Shown here: one piece after another, positions 40,801-63,055 of the stretch
Position numbering within the stretch: position 1 is the stretch's first letter
How the letters are laid out: every line of letters starts with the position of its first letter
Source of the DNA: the human T2T-CHM13v2.0 reference genome, Homo sapiens
Length of the DNA: 64,000 bases
NCBI RefSeq assembly: GCF_009914755.1
Contig: NC_060948.1
Reading direction: 5' to 3' (one strand)
The notes under the pieces: generated by a model
What the model was told of the DNA's origin: nothing
The model's database searches: none
What the model saw: the letters and a program-made list of their open reading frames with translations, nothing else
Position numbers and translations under genes: made by a program

Positions 40801-42270
40801 TGTTAGAGTTAGCTTTTGTGAAATCTACCCTGTGTGTTTGAATGTGGAACATCTGCAACATTGAATATATCACCTCTCACAGCAGTTCCTCAGACAGGAA
40901 ATTATATCCCTCAGTGGGATGGTACAAAGGTAATTCTGTTGCCGTATATTGTGCCAAAGAGCTCCTTCTGTGACAGGTTAGATTATCAGTGATATGTGTC
41001 TGTCATGCCCATTTTCTTCTTTGTCTGAAGGAATCTCATACCGACAAAGTTTGTGGTATTCCAAGATAAAGCTTTGCCAAAGCTAGAAATTCCAACATAC
41101 ATAAATACTATTTCAAGTTAGAGGAGGGTCCCATTGCAATCCTTAGAAAAACCCAGATTTTACACGTGTACCCTAATCATTATAGCCAGCTTATGCTGGG
41201 ATTTAGAATGAAACATATTTTTAAGCCTAAATTCTCAAAAGAAAGAAACATTTTTAAAGTATGTTAGGCAACAGATGTATTGGGAATTTATTCTTTTTTA
41301 CTTGCATTTTAAAACTCTCTATATATTTTAAATTATACTTATTTTGCTGTGAACTAATTGTTGGAGAACAGTAATAACCAAATAACGATTTCATTGACAT
41401 CAACCACTGGAGATGTGCTTATAAATAATAATGCCACCGAAGCATACGACAGAAGCCCTTTTCATGCCTTATTGCTTTAGTAGGTTAAATAAACGAATGT
41501 AATAATAGAAACTTCCATATATTCTGGAGGAAGCCAACATATCAAACATTTATCATAGGAATGAGAAGTAGTGAGAAAGGGCATCTCTAAATGCATCCAA
41601 ATGAATAAAAAACATTTTTGAATGGCAATTTCAGTTCACAAAAATTAGTTTCTGAACCCTGCCAAGCAACTAAGTTCTAGACCTAACTGTCTCCTTGCCA
41701 ACTGTAGTAACCCAAAGTTTCACAAGGTCTTCAGAGAAATTATTGACCTGAATTCTTAAGAGTACAAGAAATGAATAGGATTTAACTTATAACTTTTGGG
41801 GTATTTTAAAATGACATTGTTTCTGCCTAATAACTAACCACTTGCATATTATTAATATACCAGCACCATCAACCTGGTATTTTTATGTTGCTGAAGGATT
41901 TTCCAACCTTGGTACTAGCTAAACTGAACAATACTACTGTTCAATGTAACAATTATTTCTAATTATGTAATAAACAATAACAACAAAAAACTTGGACATA
42001 ATGTTTCTCCCTTATGTCACTAATCCAAAAATGAAAATAAATAAAATAAATAGCATAGGGATCTTGTTATAGTTATTGTAACATAGTCTTTTTATTGTAT
42101 ATATCAAAACAAGATGTTATAATAAAACTGTGTTTCTGATATCGGATCATTGAAAATTTTGACATGTATGAACTTCTCCAATCAAAAAGCAATTTTAATA
42201 TATACCCAGTTGAATAATATAATCAATTCAATCTAATGCAATTTGTATATACTTATTGTATACTCCAATT

Positions 42271-48962
<6,692 letters not shown>

Positions 48963-48989
48963 GTCTGTTTACTCCATTGTTAAATCAAG

Positions 48990-49197
48990 AATGGCCAAAC
49001 CCCATGTCTACAAAAAAAAAAAAAAAAAAATCAGCCAGGTGTCATGGCACATGCCTATAGTCCCAGCTACTCAGGAGGCTGAGGTGAGAGGATAGCTTGA
49101 GCCTGGGAGGTTGAGGCTACAGTGAACAACATTGCACCACTGCACTCCAGGCTGGGTGACAGTGCAAGAGCAAGACTCTGTCTCAAAAAAAGAAAAG
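48990..49197 (+). mobile_element. 5'-truncated AluJ
   Basis: AACCCCATGTCTAC-A(n)-..GAGGATAGCTTGAGCCTGGGAGG..GACTCTGTCTCAAAA. Confidence 0.88.
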
Positions 49198-49539
49198 ACT
49201 AATGAATCCATTGTAGACTATTTTAATGCAACTATTAATACTTAATTAAAAATGAAAATGTATAAAAAAAAGTAAAACTAAACAAGATCCTGGAAAAAAA
49301 GACATAAATCAGAAATATTACATACAAACCTGAGTGTGTGATCTTCCTAGCTTGTAGATAATACACTACATGATTTTGGGAGCAAAAACATTAATAATTA
49401 TCTCACTCTTTGAAGCCAAGGAATACCTACTATTAAATTATTTGAACAGTCACACACACATGTGTCTGGAAACTGATATTGACTTCAAAGGTGGAATTTA
49501 ACAGTCTTCATAGGGACCTCGTCAATTCTTTCACATAAA

Positions 49540-49955
49540 ACCAAGTTATTTATTTCCAAGATACAATGGTGGTACAAGCATTGAGTAAACTTTCCCATTC
49601 CAAAAGGGATAAATCATACAAATGAAAAGGACAACAAGCCCCATGCAAGTCTGAAACCCCTGCAGGGCAGTCATTAAATCTTAAAGCTCCAGAATAATCC
49701 TTGACTCCATGGCCGCATCCAGGGCACACTAGTGCAAGGGGTGGGCTCCCTAGGCCTTGGGTAGTTCTGCCTCTGCGGCTTTGCAGGGTGACCCTGTAGC
49801 TGCTTTCATGAATTGGAGTTAAATGTCTGTGTCCCTTCCAGGCTGGGATTGCAAACTGCCAGTGGTTCTGCCAGATTCTTGGGTCTAGAGGGTGATGTTC
49901 CCATTCCCACAGCTCCACTAGGCAGTGCCCCAGTGGGGACTCTGTGCAGGGGCAC
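49540..49955 (-). mobile_element. MaLR (THE1/MST) internal fragment
   Basis: TTCCAAGATACAATGG..CCCCATGCAAGTC..CAGTCATTAAATCTTAAAGCTCC, similar to 61245-61410. Confidence 0.85.
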
Positions 49956-52609
49956 TCTGGTCATTCGGGGTGCCTCTTCCAAATTATTATGACAAAAAAG
50001 AAAGTTTGTTTTTAAATTAAAGTTTTTGCCATCTGCACTATTTCTCCAATGCACAACTTTATGACCAGAGCATTCCCTCAGGGCAAAGTCATGAGAGAAA
50101 AAGGACCAAACAACAACCAAAAACCAAAACAAGCAATCTTTGCCATCCATAATATTCTAGCTTGCTTTCTTTTTCTGTGTTTTTCGATGCAGAAATGAAG
50201 TGCATTTTACTTTTTTTGTTTGATTTACAAGACTAGAGAGGAATATATAACTGCTATTTAAGAGTCTGGGCTCTGAAATTAGGCTATCTGGATTTTAAAT
50301 TTCAAAAACTATATTGTGGCACTTACCAATGTCTCAAAATAAATGAGTCATTATTTTTCTGTCTGTGTAAACATCTAAAGAAGGTGTTTCTTTTTCTAAC
50401 AGTAGAAACCCAGTGACTTCATTTCAGTCTTCGGTATTTACTTTTTGTAATTTGTCCAGGATTTATAATTATAAACAGCAAAAAAGATAGGCTATAGTGG
50501 GCTTATTCTGCTATAGCATAATTGGAATTTATTAATTTTTATAAATTTTACTTACCTCCCTTTATGCTAATCACCCCATGTAAAGCCCAGATAATACTAG
50601 AGTTGAGTTTGGTAGAATTAGCCTTTCTTCAGTCAACACATATGTTCAAAGGAATTACATCAAAGATAACCAAACAGAGTCCTTGCCTTCAAAGTTTTAA
50701 TTCAAATTGCATTTATCTCAATGGGATAAACTGTGTGGGAAAATACAGCGTCTTGAATTTAAAAAAAAAAACACAGAGAATACAATTGAGGGCTAGATGT
50801 TTACTATTTTTCATCACTTAACTTTGAGTGGCAATAGAGCATTTCAGTAATTGTACCTCTATCCCTACAAGGAACCCGTCCCTGAAATGATTATCCCTAT
50901 GGAAACAAGAAATAGCAATTAGATTTAACCATATTGCTGGGAGTTATCAGATCATCCATTAAGTCAGAGGAGACCAAGAGGGATAGAAGCAGTTATATAG
51001 TTACATTTTGTGAAAACTATGTCCAACTTTCTAGTTCTGTAAACACATACTCTGCAAACTTTGTTGAAGCAGCATCCCATGCATTTTTGAGAAAGTGCTA
51101 CCAATAAAAGCATCCAGATTTATCCCTAAATTTTACACAGGCATATTTATATCCTATACACATTATGAAGTGAACACAAGTAAAAATTATAGTTAGATAA
51201 ATGGCAAGCACAAGCCGTTTCAAAATTTTCCCACACCCCAGTGCAGTTTTTGGGGGTATCCCATGGTGTTCACACATCTGAATTTTGAAATAATTACTAT
51301 AAATGTAATATATTCTATGAAAAGAGAAAACTATATCAACAAAAATTTCTGTAAACCATACACGGTTTAATGAAAGATGATGATGATGGCGTGCGTGTCT
51401 ATGAGTGTGTTTCTAGTTTTATTAAACCAATGAATACAATTTTATTTCTTACATAAATTCTTAGCCATTGTAGGTTATAAAATATATATTTCGTTAAAGC
51501 ATAGAAAGTCGGTTCTTGCTATTTATCTGTCTCACTGTGTCCTGACAAATATCTCCCTGGACTGGTTCCTTAAAGTTGAAGTCCTACTGAATATTTTTTT
51601 TTTAAAGTATAAAAATTTTTTTGAGCTCAAAGGCTTCAGGAAAGTTTTCAACAAACTAGCATCAGAAAACATCTTACTCAACATCAGAAAAAAATTTATA
51701 TTCTAACTCTGACTTTCTTGAGCTTACTAGACAGTTCATTGTTTTTGACATTATTTGACATCTGTTTCAATATTTAGATGAAAGTAGAAAAGTACTTTTA
51801 GAATACCATCCCTGAGAAGGCAACTGGACATATTTTATGCAAGTATTTCTAAAATACACAGAGATAATATTTTGAATTAAGCCTTCAAATGTAAGATGAT
51901 TTAATTCAATTTGTTTATTTTCAAATTCTCAGAGGAAAAAAATGCCTTTAAAAATAATTTTTTGTAACGTATTTTTTTTTGTCCTTAGTATATGCTTTAA
52001 AATATACAGATTCCCTTGGATTTCTAAAATTTAATTCTGTTAATATTTCAGTTTTAAAACACAAAGAGGTAAACAAATGAATGCTTGCCTAACCAGAATT
52101 TAAATATTTTTGGAATCTGTTGACTTATTAAATATCTCATTGAGTTTTGCTATAAAAAATAAACAGCTTAATTTTTTATCATTTGAATATCATGATTTTT
52201 ACAAGATTATTCTCTTGCTGGAGAATAACATTCCTTTGCGATGTGCTTTTCAGATAGATGGTATCATTCTTATGTAGGGGTTAAGTGAAGATATTAAGGG
52301 TGGAAACAATTCCGCCAATGGATGTACATGTCTTAGAAGACTTCTTGCTCATTATAGCTTTGATCATAATACTGAGCTTAACACACAAACACATACACAC
52401 ACATAGCCTCTATCTCAAACCCTTGTTTTAAGTCATTTTCATGTAATTCCCTTTGTTCTTTGCACATATAAGGAAATATATTTAAAAGCCAAGTATTGAA
52501 CACCTTGTCTTCTGACCCCACCATCTGACAAACCCTAATGTTTAAAAGCTGAAACATTTAATCAGTTATCATTTATGACACCACTACATCTTTGTTCCCT
52601 AATGTTCTT

Positions 52610-52775
52610 TATATATATGTGTGTGTGTGTATATATCTATATGTGTATATATATGTGTGTATATATGTGTATGTGTGTATATATGTGTATATATGTATAT
52701 ATGTGTATATATATGTGTGTATATATGTGTATATATATATGTGTGTATATATATGTGTGTATATATATGTATATA
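52610..52775. repeat. (TA/TG)n compound microsatellite
   Basis: Directly visible. Confidence 0.96.
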
Positions 52776-53416
52776 TTGCTATTAGTAAAAAGAGAATACG
52801 AGAATGAAGTTAGGAAAATGCTTTTGCCTAATATAAAAGCTTGGATAAACTGATGTCCTGGAGTAACATTCTGAAGTTCCATAAGATGATCTGGGATATT
52901 TATTGGAGTACAAAATTTCACAATCATATGGTTTTTTCTTGGATTGCTGGAAGCTTAGTTTATTATTAATTTTTTGTAATAAAAAAGATTAATTCTGTAG
53001 ACATTTTCCTGGGAAGACAATCTAGTTTCCAGTATGTGTCACTGAAATAATAATTTAGGTTCAGTTATACAGCAGAAGATTTTGTGGAGAAGAAAAATTT
53101 TTAAGTAAAGCAGCATAAAGAACAATTAATTTTATGATATATGATTAAAAAATATTTCTTGATGATCACTTATTGATATACAATAATGGCTCTCCTCAAA
53201 CTTAATTATTCTCACAAAGTATCCATGGAATAACATTTAATAAAGATAGTATCTTGCTCTTCTGACAGTTTCTTACACTTTCATGTGTTTGAGGGAAGGT
53301 CTAATTGTAAGTTTGAAGAAACTATCTTGGGATACATTTCTGCTTTATGATTTGCTACTACTGATATTTTTATATAAATGTGTGTGTGTATCTATCTATC
53401 TATATATCTATATATA

Positions 53417-54155
53417 TAATACGGGAGGGGGCCAAGAAATTGTTGGGTAGAGAGGGTGGAGTCCCTGGCCACCCTTGGGCCTGTACCCATGGACCTAAGT
53501 GAGAACAGGCATTCCTGTTTTCATGCTCGAATGTTGCATTTTTCAAGACCACTCTGGCCTGCCACAACCCCCATCCTGTGCCCATATAAACCCGAGACTA
53601 TAGGGGGCACACAACACAAGTGGCTGAATGTCAAGAGGAGCAGAGGAACAGAGCGGCAGAGAGTGGCAGAGAGCAGTAGACAGCAGCAGGGTGTCACAGA
53701 AAAGAAGGAAGGAAGAAGCGTCTGAACATCGAGAGTTCAGCAGAGAACTCCCCGACCCCTCCACCTTCCAGCTCCCCATCCATCTTGCTGAGCTCCACCT
53801 CCAACATTCAATAAAAGCTTGCACTCATCCTTTGAGCCCACGTGTGATTGGATCCTTCTGGGACACGGGGCAAGTGCTCAGGATACAGAAGGCTGTCACA
53901 CTGGCCCTCTGCCCTTGCGATAAGGCAGAGGGTCCATTGAGCTTATTTACCATCAAGCAATCTGCAGATGGCAAAACTGAAAGACCTTTGTAGCACGGGG
54001 GTTGCAGTTACCCACCCCTAGACACTGGCCCCAGCCTCTGCACCTGCCCAACTGCATGCTCCCCTCAGGGGTTTGAGCTGCAAGGCAACCAAACAGGTGA
54101 GCCACACCCCTGTCACATGTCCTGTGAGGGGAAATCAGGGAATTCTCCCATTATA
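53417..54155 (+). mobile_element. Solo ERV1 LTR, MER50-like
   Basis: GC-rich block from T(A)ATACGGGAGGGGG to GGGAATTCTCCC; TATAAA at about 53585 and AATAAA at about 53810; embedded in a TA tract. Confidence 0.75.
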
Positions 54156-57100
54156 TATATCAGATGTAGCAGTAGGAGATAAAGTGGCATAAGTTAAACA
54201 TGATGAATACAGGCATGATAAAATAATATATTACATTTCTCCTCATTCCATAACATTATTTCCTATTAGTCTTCTATCATATTTGCAGACATTTTGGACT
54301 ATATTCTCTAAATGTTCTCTATTTTTTTTTGCAAACTATATTAATCATATATTTCCCAAAGTGAAATATGGGTGGAAAAGTTCATTGTGAGCTTCAGCCT
54401 TTATTTTTCAGATATCTGCCAAAAGCCCTTCTTCCTAGAATTTACATTCATACATTTGACATTGGCCAGAACATCTTTTTCAACATGAAAGACTCTTTTC
54501 TTTTTGTTTTCAGAGTACAAAGAGTAAATCCACCTTCTGAGTAAAATTTTATTACTTAATATGTAGAGATTCATTTGTCACATTAAGATTATGTTTTATT
54601 CTTTTAAAATTAAGAATATAACAAATACCAGGATAGTCATATTGTGTGAACAGCAATATATTCTTGTTGTAGAGGTACCCACATGAAAAGGCAATGTTTA
54701 ATTAGAATGTTGCTTTTTTGGGAGCTTCAACTTTGAACAAGACAAGTTAGATCTAAGTGTGATCTAGAAGTGGTTATGTCTACATAGGCATAATTGGTTC
54801 TCACCCTTCTCCCACTTGGATGGATTTAGCAGTTTGACACATACCCAAAGAAGATCCATCTTTCCATTGCATTAACAAGAGCTAGATATTTAAAGAATAT
54901 TTTATGAGGAGAGAGTTTTTAAATAAAAGGTTTATGTCATAAGCAAAGTAGTAAAGATTTACAAAATTCCATTTAAGAAAATCTCTGTTTTTTTTTTTCC
55001 CCAAGGTTACGGTATCTTATTTCTCCTCATCTTTTTTATCCTTCTTGTAGCTTCTAAAATATTAGCTTATATTTCAGAGTAATATTGATCCTTCCTTTAG
55101 CTTGTATACTCAGCAAAACAAAATCCCAGTTATTGCTCCTGCAGTCAGATCTTGTATTATTTCTCAGATTTGCCTCTTGGTGTTTTTAAGTTCATTCAGC
55201 CACAAAGGACTCAAACATGTAATGTCATTAAGTTAAAATTGCCTGATTTATTTATCTACACAACTCTCCTTGCCAACAGGACACACACACAAAAAATCAT
55301 ACTTAGCATCTGCTAATGGTCCCAAATCCTTCTTTGGAACATTTTAATGAACATCAACTGGCATTAGTCTCTGTGCCTTTCTTTTCTTTTTGCTCCCATT
55401 CCTTTAACTGAAATGCACCATTTTAAATGTTTACACAGACAGAAACATAATAGCTAGTATTTACTGTGAGACATTGGTAAGTGCCACAAGATGGTTTTTG
55501 AAATTTATAATCAGATAGTCTAATTTCAGAGCCCAGACTCCTAAATAAATGTTAGACCTTCCTTTCTAATCTTATTGATTAATGTCACAGAAAATCAAGC
55601 TAATTATTCAGGTTAGTAGTGATTTCATGTGCCCTTCATTCTATGTAGTTGAACAAAATATGTTATCATTCTATGTACAGTATTATGTATGCTAATTGTG
55701 TACATGACAGAATATTAATGTTGCAAATTTTGCCCATATATTTCCCTCATATTAACAACTACTATTAGGTAGAGTTTATCCACTTTCACTTTTACATTGC
55801 TAGTGTGTATGAACTAAGAATCAAATGCAATTGTTAGTGCCAATTAAGGAGGGATGTTTTCCCTCAGTCTAACTTTATCATCCTTAGGAATGTGTCTTCT
55901 TCCATATTTTGTGCTTACAATATTTCATGTTTTAGCCTGATGGAATATAGTTTAAGATTAGTTACTTTTCAGAGAGAAAGAGAATATTATTTACAAAAGT
56001 TGTTTTCATCTTTAAATTTATTTCCAGTTCTGGCATTATTTTCTCAGAATACATTTCCAATATATATTTTATGGAAAACACATTTTTAAATAATGGTATC
56101 AGCCTCAACATAATTTTTACAGGACATGTGGCATAAAAGTACAGGAACATGTTCAGTGCAACCTTTGGCTGTGCAGATCTAGGCTCTGAGGGAACAGGGT
56201 GTATGACTCCTCTTTATTATTAGTGCTGATAACATGTAAAAATGATTCTTTCAAATTTGCTTGATAATAATGCTATTTAAATATAACTATCTTGAAAACT
56301 TATGGGAGATAACTGTATACCTTAAGATACCCTTAAACATATTATTTCTCTTGCAAACACTGGTAATTTAGTTTTTCTATTTCAAGTAATGATTTCAATT
56401 AAGGGGAAAGTGAAATACAAAGATTAGAAGTTCATTTGCTCCTTTATAATATTATTCAAGGTGCAACTGAGAACAAAAGTCTAAAACTCTTTTTTTTAAA
56501 ATGCCATCTTGGTTTTATTTAATTCTAAGAATGCAATTTTAAAATGTAACTACATATGGTGAATATGAATATTTTTCAATTAACTTTTTAAAAGAGAGAA
56601 TATTTCACTGAATAACAAGCACATAGTTCTGGCTAATTTATGTAATTGTATGTGTTTGGTTGCCCAATATACAATATATTTGTGTTATTTAGAATAAATT
56701 ACAAATATACAATTCCTATATAGGCAGTTTATAATTTATATAAAGATTTTACATATGAACAGGCATCTAAAAGATATCCACCAAATAATTAATTTATAAA
56801 AAGAATTAAAGTATTAAGCATGAGAAATATAAGGTGTTATACAGTCCTATTATAAAAGCTTACAGTAATCACATATTAGTAGCCCGATTTTTGACAGAAT
56901 TCCCAGGCTTATGATCTCCTTGCATGTCTAGTAGCATAATTTTAAATGCATGAAAGCTTTATTTTAGAGTTAGAAGCTGAAGGAGCTTATTGTAAGGATA
57001 ATAGACTTAGGGAGAATTAAGGGTGCTTAGTTATACTTTGGAACTTGAAGAATCCATAGCTTTGATATACATTAGGATATATGACCCAACTATTATCTTC

Positions 57101-58010
57101 CAGGCATGACATATGTGCTGGAAATAACAGAGTACTAGCAGAATGTGAGAATTGGTAGACATGAAGTATAAACCTGTCCAGTAATTCACTTTCTTGATGA
57201 TGTAAAAAACAGAGTGATTGTGGTTTCCACAGACATGCAGAACTATGATAAGAAAATAAGAAATATTAGAGGAAAATATTATCCTCTAAAAACAAACAAA
57301 CATCATAGAGAGTCTGGGCTTCGGGTCACAGCCTTTAGCCTTAAGACCAGACTTGTATAAAACCTAGAGTTAGGATTGTTAACCATTTTTTATGTGACTG
57401 ACAACCAGCCTCTGAATGTGTTTTGCAATAGCAAAATATCTATCTGCTACTACTATCTGTGAATAATCCCTATGTGTGATTATTTTAATCACCCAAAATT
57501 ACATATAGATAGATGGATAGATATACATATTGTATTACTATATGAAAATAAAAATGCTGTCTTGAATTGCTGATTGGAAAACAAATATGCAGTTATCTCC
57601 ATTAGGAATTTCAGGTTTTTAGCAACTGAAACATATTATTATAAACATGGGTTTCATGAAATTGCTCTTCTTGTGCTTTATGTTTGAATAAAATTGTATC
57701 TCTTAATTTGCTCACCTTTTTCTTTAATAAATGCAATAAATAAATAATATCTGCAGAAACTTACATAATGTAGGTAATAATAGAAGTAAAATAACACAAT
57801 TGAGACTCTCATTTTATGCCTCATAGTAGCCTTATAACCAGAACAAAAGCTTTCTAAAACAACTAGAAATTTCAGTTAACATACAATTAAATGCATAGAT
57901 ACATTTTTAATAAACTGAAGAAAAAATTTTATGGTATAAAAATGAAGAGGATCATGAAACTAGAGCAACAAGAAAGACTCACCCTTTCTGATATCATGTG
58001 CTGATATGAG

Positions 58011-58771
<761 letters not shown>

Positions 58772-58982
58772 TATGAATACATACGATTGTTGTGTCTTGA
58801 TGGATTTTTGGGCCAGGAGATAAGGGCTTGAAACTGAGAAGAGTGGGAGTTAAAACTCAACCCTTACACACAGTAAGGCCCTATATCCTCAATGAAATGG
58901 TAAACTAGGAATAATATGTTTGTCATCAAAGAAAGTCTTCGGTAAAAGTTTTCTATATCTGCCTGGGGTCTAGGTATATATG

Positions 58983-59555
58983 TATGGTAAGCAGAATCTT
59001 AATGTGTCTCTCATGATCTCCACTCACTGATGCTATACCCATGATTATATTACACAGCAAATGGTATTTTGCAAATAAAAATAAGATTAATAAAAGGTTT
59101 AACTTACAATTGGATGATTATCTGCTTCTTCAGTTTGTTGCATAAGGGAAAGCCATAGATATTTAAAGCATGAGAGGAATATGATGCATGGGAGGTTTTT
59201 TATTTCTGAGATGAAGGGCCATGTGGAAAGGACTTGAGAGAGGCCTCTAGTTGCTGACAGTCATCCCCAGTCAACAGGTAACATAAAAATAAAAACTTCT
59301 GTCCTACTACTTCAAGAAAACAAATTTTGCAAAAAATCTGATGGTGCTTACAAGTAGATCTTCCTTAATTGAGCCTTCAGATAAGACCATAGCCCAGCAG
59401 AAATTTTGACTTCAGTTTTTTAAGACTCTAAAAAGAGAATCCAGTGAAAACATGCTGGATTTTTGAAACATGGGAACTATGACAAAACAAACTTTTGTTA
59501 TTTTAAGCCAGTAAGATTTTGGTAATTTTGTATGCAGCAATATAAATCTAATACA
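58983..59555 (+). mobile_element. MLT1 LTR
   Basis: TGGTAAGCAGAAT...GGCCTCTAG..GCTGA...TTTTAAGCCAGTAAG..TGGTAATTT..GCAGCAATA..CTAATACA. Confidence 0.75.
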
Positions 59556-59599
59556 CCTACTTACCTCAGTCATGAGAAAAGTGATTCCTGCATTTTCCT

Positions 59600-60660
59600 A
59601 TGGGATAATATGGACATTAGTAAATAGTGTTTGGACAACTAGTTGACTTCATACCTCCTGAACATTAAGAAATATACCACTAGATGAAATATGTGAATGC
59701 AACCAAAAAAAAAAAAAAAGCCAATGCATGTATTAGGATAAAAATTTGTATAATCTTTTGTGGAAAAGGTCTTTCTAATTATGACACAATATATAAAAAA
59801 AATCATAAATTAACTACATAAAAATAATGAAAATTGTTTTATGGTTAAAAAAAATACCCCACCAAAGCACACTAAAAAGATAAAATCTTTGTAAATTTTA
59901 TACCATAAGTTATCTATGTATCTATTATCTATCTGTCCATCCATCCATCTGTCCATCGATATGTCAGAGAAATAAAAAAAACAGACACAACCCAGTAAAA
60001 ATATAGGCAAATGGCATAAACCATTATAAAAAATGTGCAATCATCCCTTAAACATATAAAACAGATGTGAAATTTTTATTGCTGGTATTGAAAGGTAATT
60101 TAAAGCTTTATTGAAATAACCCTCTTATCTATGAGATTAAAAAAAACACACAAGCTTGACAATACACAATGTTGTTGAAACTGTAGAAAAATAGGATCTT
60201 TCACACTGTTTTATGGGGCATAAAATGTTATGATCCCCTAGGAAACAATTTCAAAAGAACTGTCAAAATTGCAAATGCATTTACCCCAAATATTCTACAA
60301 GAATGCCTATAAAATACATATGAACCAGGTTTGTTATTGTAATAGCAAAATGGGAAAATTTGGGGAAAAAACCAACTGAACATCTATGGTATACTGGTTT
60401 AAAATTATAGTACATCCATATAATGCAGTTGCTAAAAAGAATAACAAATCTTACCATGTACTGTTGGGGATAAATACAAAATATGTTGTTCTACAGCAAA
60501 ATGTATGTGAGAAATGGGGAAGAACGATTGTGTATTCATTTTGTGCTTGCCTTCTATAAGAAATTTTATAAGGAAATACAAAAACATTATTAAAAGCGGT
60601 TATCTATAGGGATTGAGAAATACTTTAGATGTGGAAAAGAAGGAAGCGTAGTAGCAGACA
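59600..60660 (+). mobile_element. Ancient L1ME-like 3' fragment
   Basis: Degenerate L1 3' motifs (AAATAGTGTTTGGACAACT, ATAGGCAAA, TAGTACATCCATATAATG). Confidence 0.5.
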
Positions 60661-60670
60661 TTTTGCTACC

Positions 60671-61415
60671 TGTATTAGTTTGTTCTCAAGTTGCTATAAA
60701 GAAATACCTGAGACTGGGTAATTTACAAAGAAAAGAGTTTTAATTGGTTCATGGTTCCAAAAGCTGTATAGAAAGCATGGAGGCTTCTGCTCAACTGGGC
60801 AGGCCTCACGGAGCTTTCAATCGTGGTGGAAGGCAAAGGGGAAGTGAGTCACTTCATATGGCCAGAGCAGGTGGAAAAGAAAGGCGGGGAGTTGCCACAC
60901 ACTTTCAAACAACCATGTCTGGTGAGAAATGTATCACAAGAACAGCACCAAAGGGAAAACTCAACCCATAATCCAATCACTTCCCATCAGGCCCCACCTT
61001 CAACATTGAAGGTTACTATTCCACATGAACTTTGGGTGGGGACACAGATGAAAACCGTAACATTCCACCCTTAGCTCCTCCCGAATCTCATGTCCTTTTA
61101 ACATTGCAAAATCCAGTCATGCCTTCCTAACAGTCCCCCAAAGTCTTTACTCCTTCCAGCATTAACTCCAGAGTCTAAAGTCTCATCTGAGACAAGGCTA
61201 ATCTTTTCACCTATGAACCTGTAAAAAATAAAAACAAGCTAGTTACTTCCAAGATACAATGGAGGAATGGGCATTGGGTAACAATTTCCATTCCTAAAGG
61301 AAGAAATCAGTGAAAAGAAAGGGGTTACAGGCCCCATGCAAGTTCAAAACCCATCAGGGTAGTCATTAAATATTAAAGCTTTAAAATAATCTCCCTTGAC
61401 TTCATGTCTCACATG
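60671..61415 (-). mobile_element. MST LTR (60671-61062) plus adjoining internal fragment
   Basis: TGTATTAGTTTGTTCTC..GCTATAAAGAAATACCTGAGACTGGGTAATTTA...GGGGACACAG..AAACCGTAACA, then MaLR-int. Confidence 0.88.
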
Positions 61416-62228
61416 AAGCCCTGTAAGATTGCTTAGCTTAGAGTCAGAGAAGTTAATGTCCTCAAGGGCAACTCTCAATCATCAGCAAAAAATTCTGAGG
61501 CATATTCCACACTGTGTCATAGAATTTTCAGCAGAAATAAGCCCTAGCTTCCCACATAAGTTATCAGCCCAATAATGCACCATTTATTCTTTTATCATCC
61601 TTACCCCAAAATGCTACATTTAATCCTCCTTCTTGTTTAATGAACTCAATTCCCATAATAAATTGCCTGCAGTGATTGACTTTTCTCCAGATCCACATTT
61701 AAACTATTAACAACAAATATTTCAGTGTATATAATTTTATATTGTTTTGATATTTTAACTATGTGACTATAATACCTATTTTTGAAAGTCTGAAATGCAA
61801 ATATTGGCTCTAATGTGGAGCTAACAGAGTTCTTAGAAATTCACTAGGGGAATTAAATTATTTATGAAAATTTTGAAAATAACTTGGCAAATTCTATTTA
61901 AGTATAAGATATACATATCATCACAATTTCAGTCCTAGAGAGCCCTCACATACATGTTCAGGAATACATATTCAACAATGTCCATATCAGCATTTTGACA
62001 ATGACAAACAATTAAGAGTAGCCTGAATGTACCATAGTCAACAAATTCTGGAACAGTCATAAAATTGAATTCTATTTAACAGTAAAAATGAAGGAACTAG
62101 TGCTGCAACTATAAATGTAGACGACTCTTAAAAACATTGCTATGTAAAAATATATTGCAGGAAAATTCACCAACCATTCTACACATTAAAAGTTAAAGCA
62201 TGAAAAACATGCCACTTGTTGTTCAGGG

Positions 62229-62692
62229 TGTGAAAGGAAAATATCTTGGGCCCCAAAACTCGCTAAGCTAAAGGGAAGCAGCTGAGAACTGCTTAGGGCA
62301 AACCTGCTTCCGATTCGATTCAAAGTTATCCCTCTGCTCACTGAGATAAATCCTATCTGATTGCTTCCTTTGGAAAGGCTAGTCAGAAACTCAAAAGAAT
62401 GCAACTGTTTTTCTCTCACCTATCTGTAACCTGGAAGCCCCCTCCCCATTTCAAGTCTTCCTGGCTTTGCTTCCAGTTGTCACTCCTTTCCAGACAGAAC
62501 CAACGTACTTCTTACATATATTGCTTGATGTCTCCTATCTCGCTAAAATGTATAAAACCAAACTTTGCCCAACCACCTTGGACATATGTCATCAGGACTT
62601 CCTGAGGCTGTGTCATGGACATGCATCCTCAACCTTGGCAAAATAAACTTTCTAAACTAACTGAGACCTCTCTCAGATTTTCTGCATTCACA
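62229..62692 (+). mobile_element. MER4A-like LTR (5' LTR of a provirus)
   Basis: TGTGAAAGGAAAATATCTTGGGCCCC...CTAAGCTAAAGGG; TATAAAA at about 62551; AATAAA at about 62642; ends TTCACA. Confidence 0.88.
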
Positions 62693-63009
62693 TTTTGTTA
62701 ACCACGGCGGGGATTCTGAGTGGAGATGGCCCTGACCTTCGACAAATCTCTTATTGCCGCTTGATGAGCTAACTTTATGGCTCAAACCAACAGGAAACGT
62801 TGCTGAGGTCTGAGAGCAACCCCTCCAGACAATCCCTGATCTCCCCAAATTTGGTCAATATCTAAAGCTTATTTTGCTGTACAACTCCACTTTTTTGGGG
62901 GAGTTTTACTTGCTTCCAACACAAGGAAGGCAAGTTTTTCTGCTTCCATGATGATGAAAGGCAGGCAACACCTGTGTGGAGTTTGAGCTCGCTTCCAACA
63001 GGGAAGATG

Positions 63010-63055
<46 letters not shown>

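Noticed and set aside
37900-42250. Long stretch without obvious repeats (also about 54200-57900), possibly holding lncRNA exons or enhancers
   Set aside because: No ORF, RNA gene or motif I can support by eye; needs conservation and expression data
52575-52927. YMC/IYT-rich ORFs (also 3677-3992, 13686-13901, 17920-18210)
   Set aside because: Microsatellite artefacts
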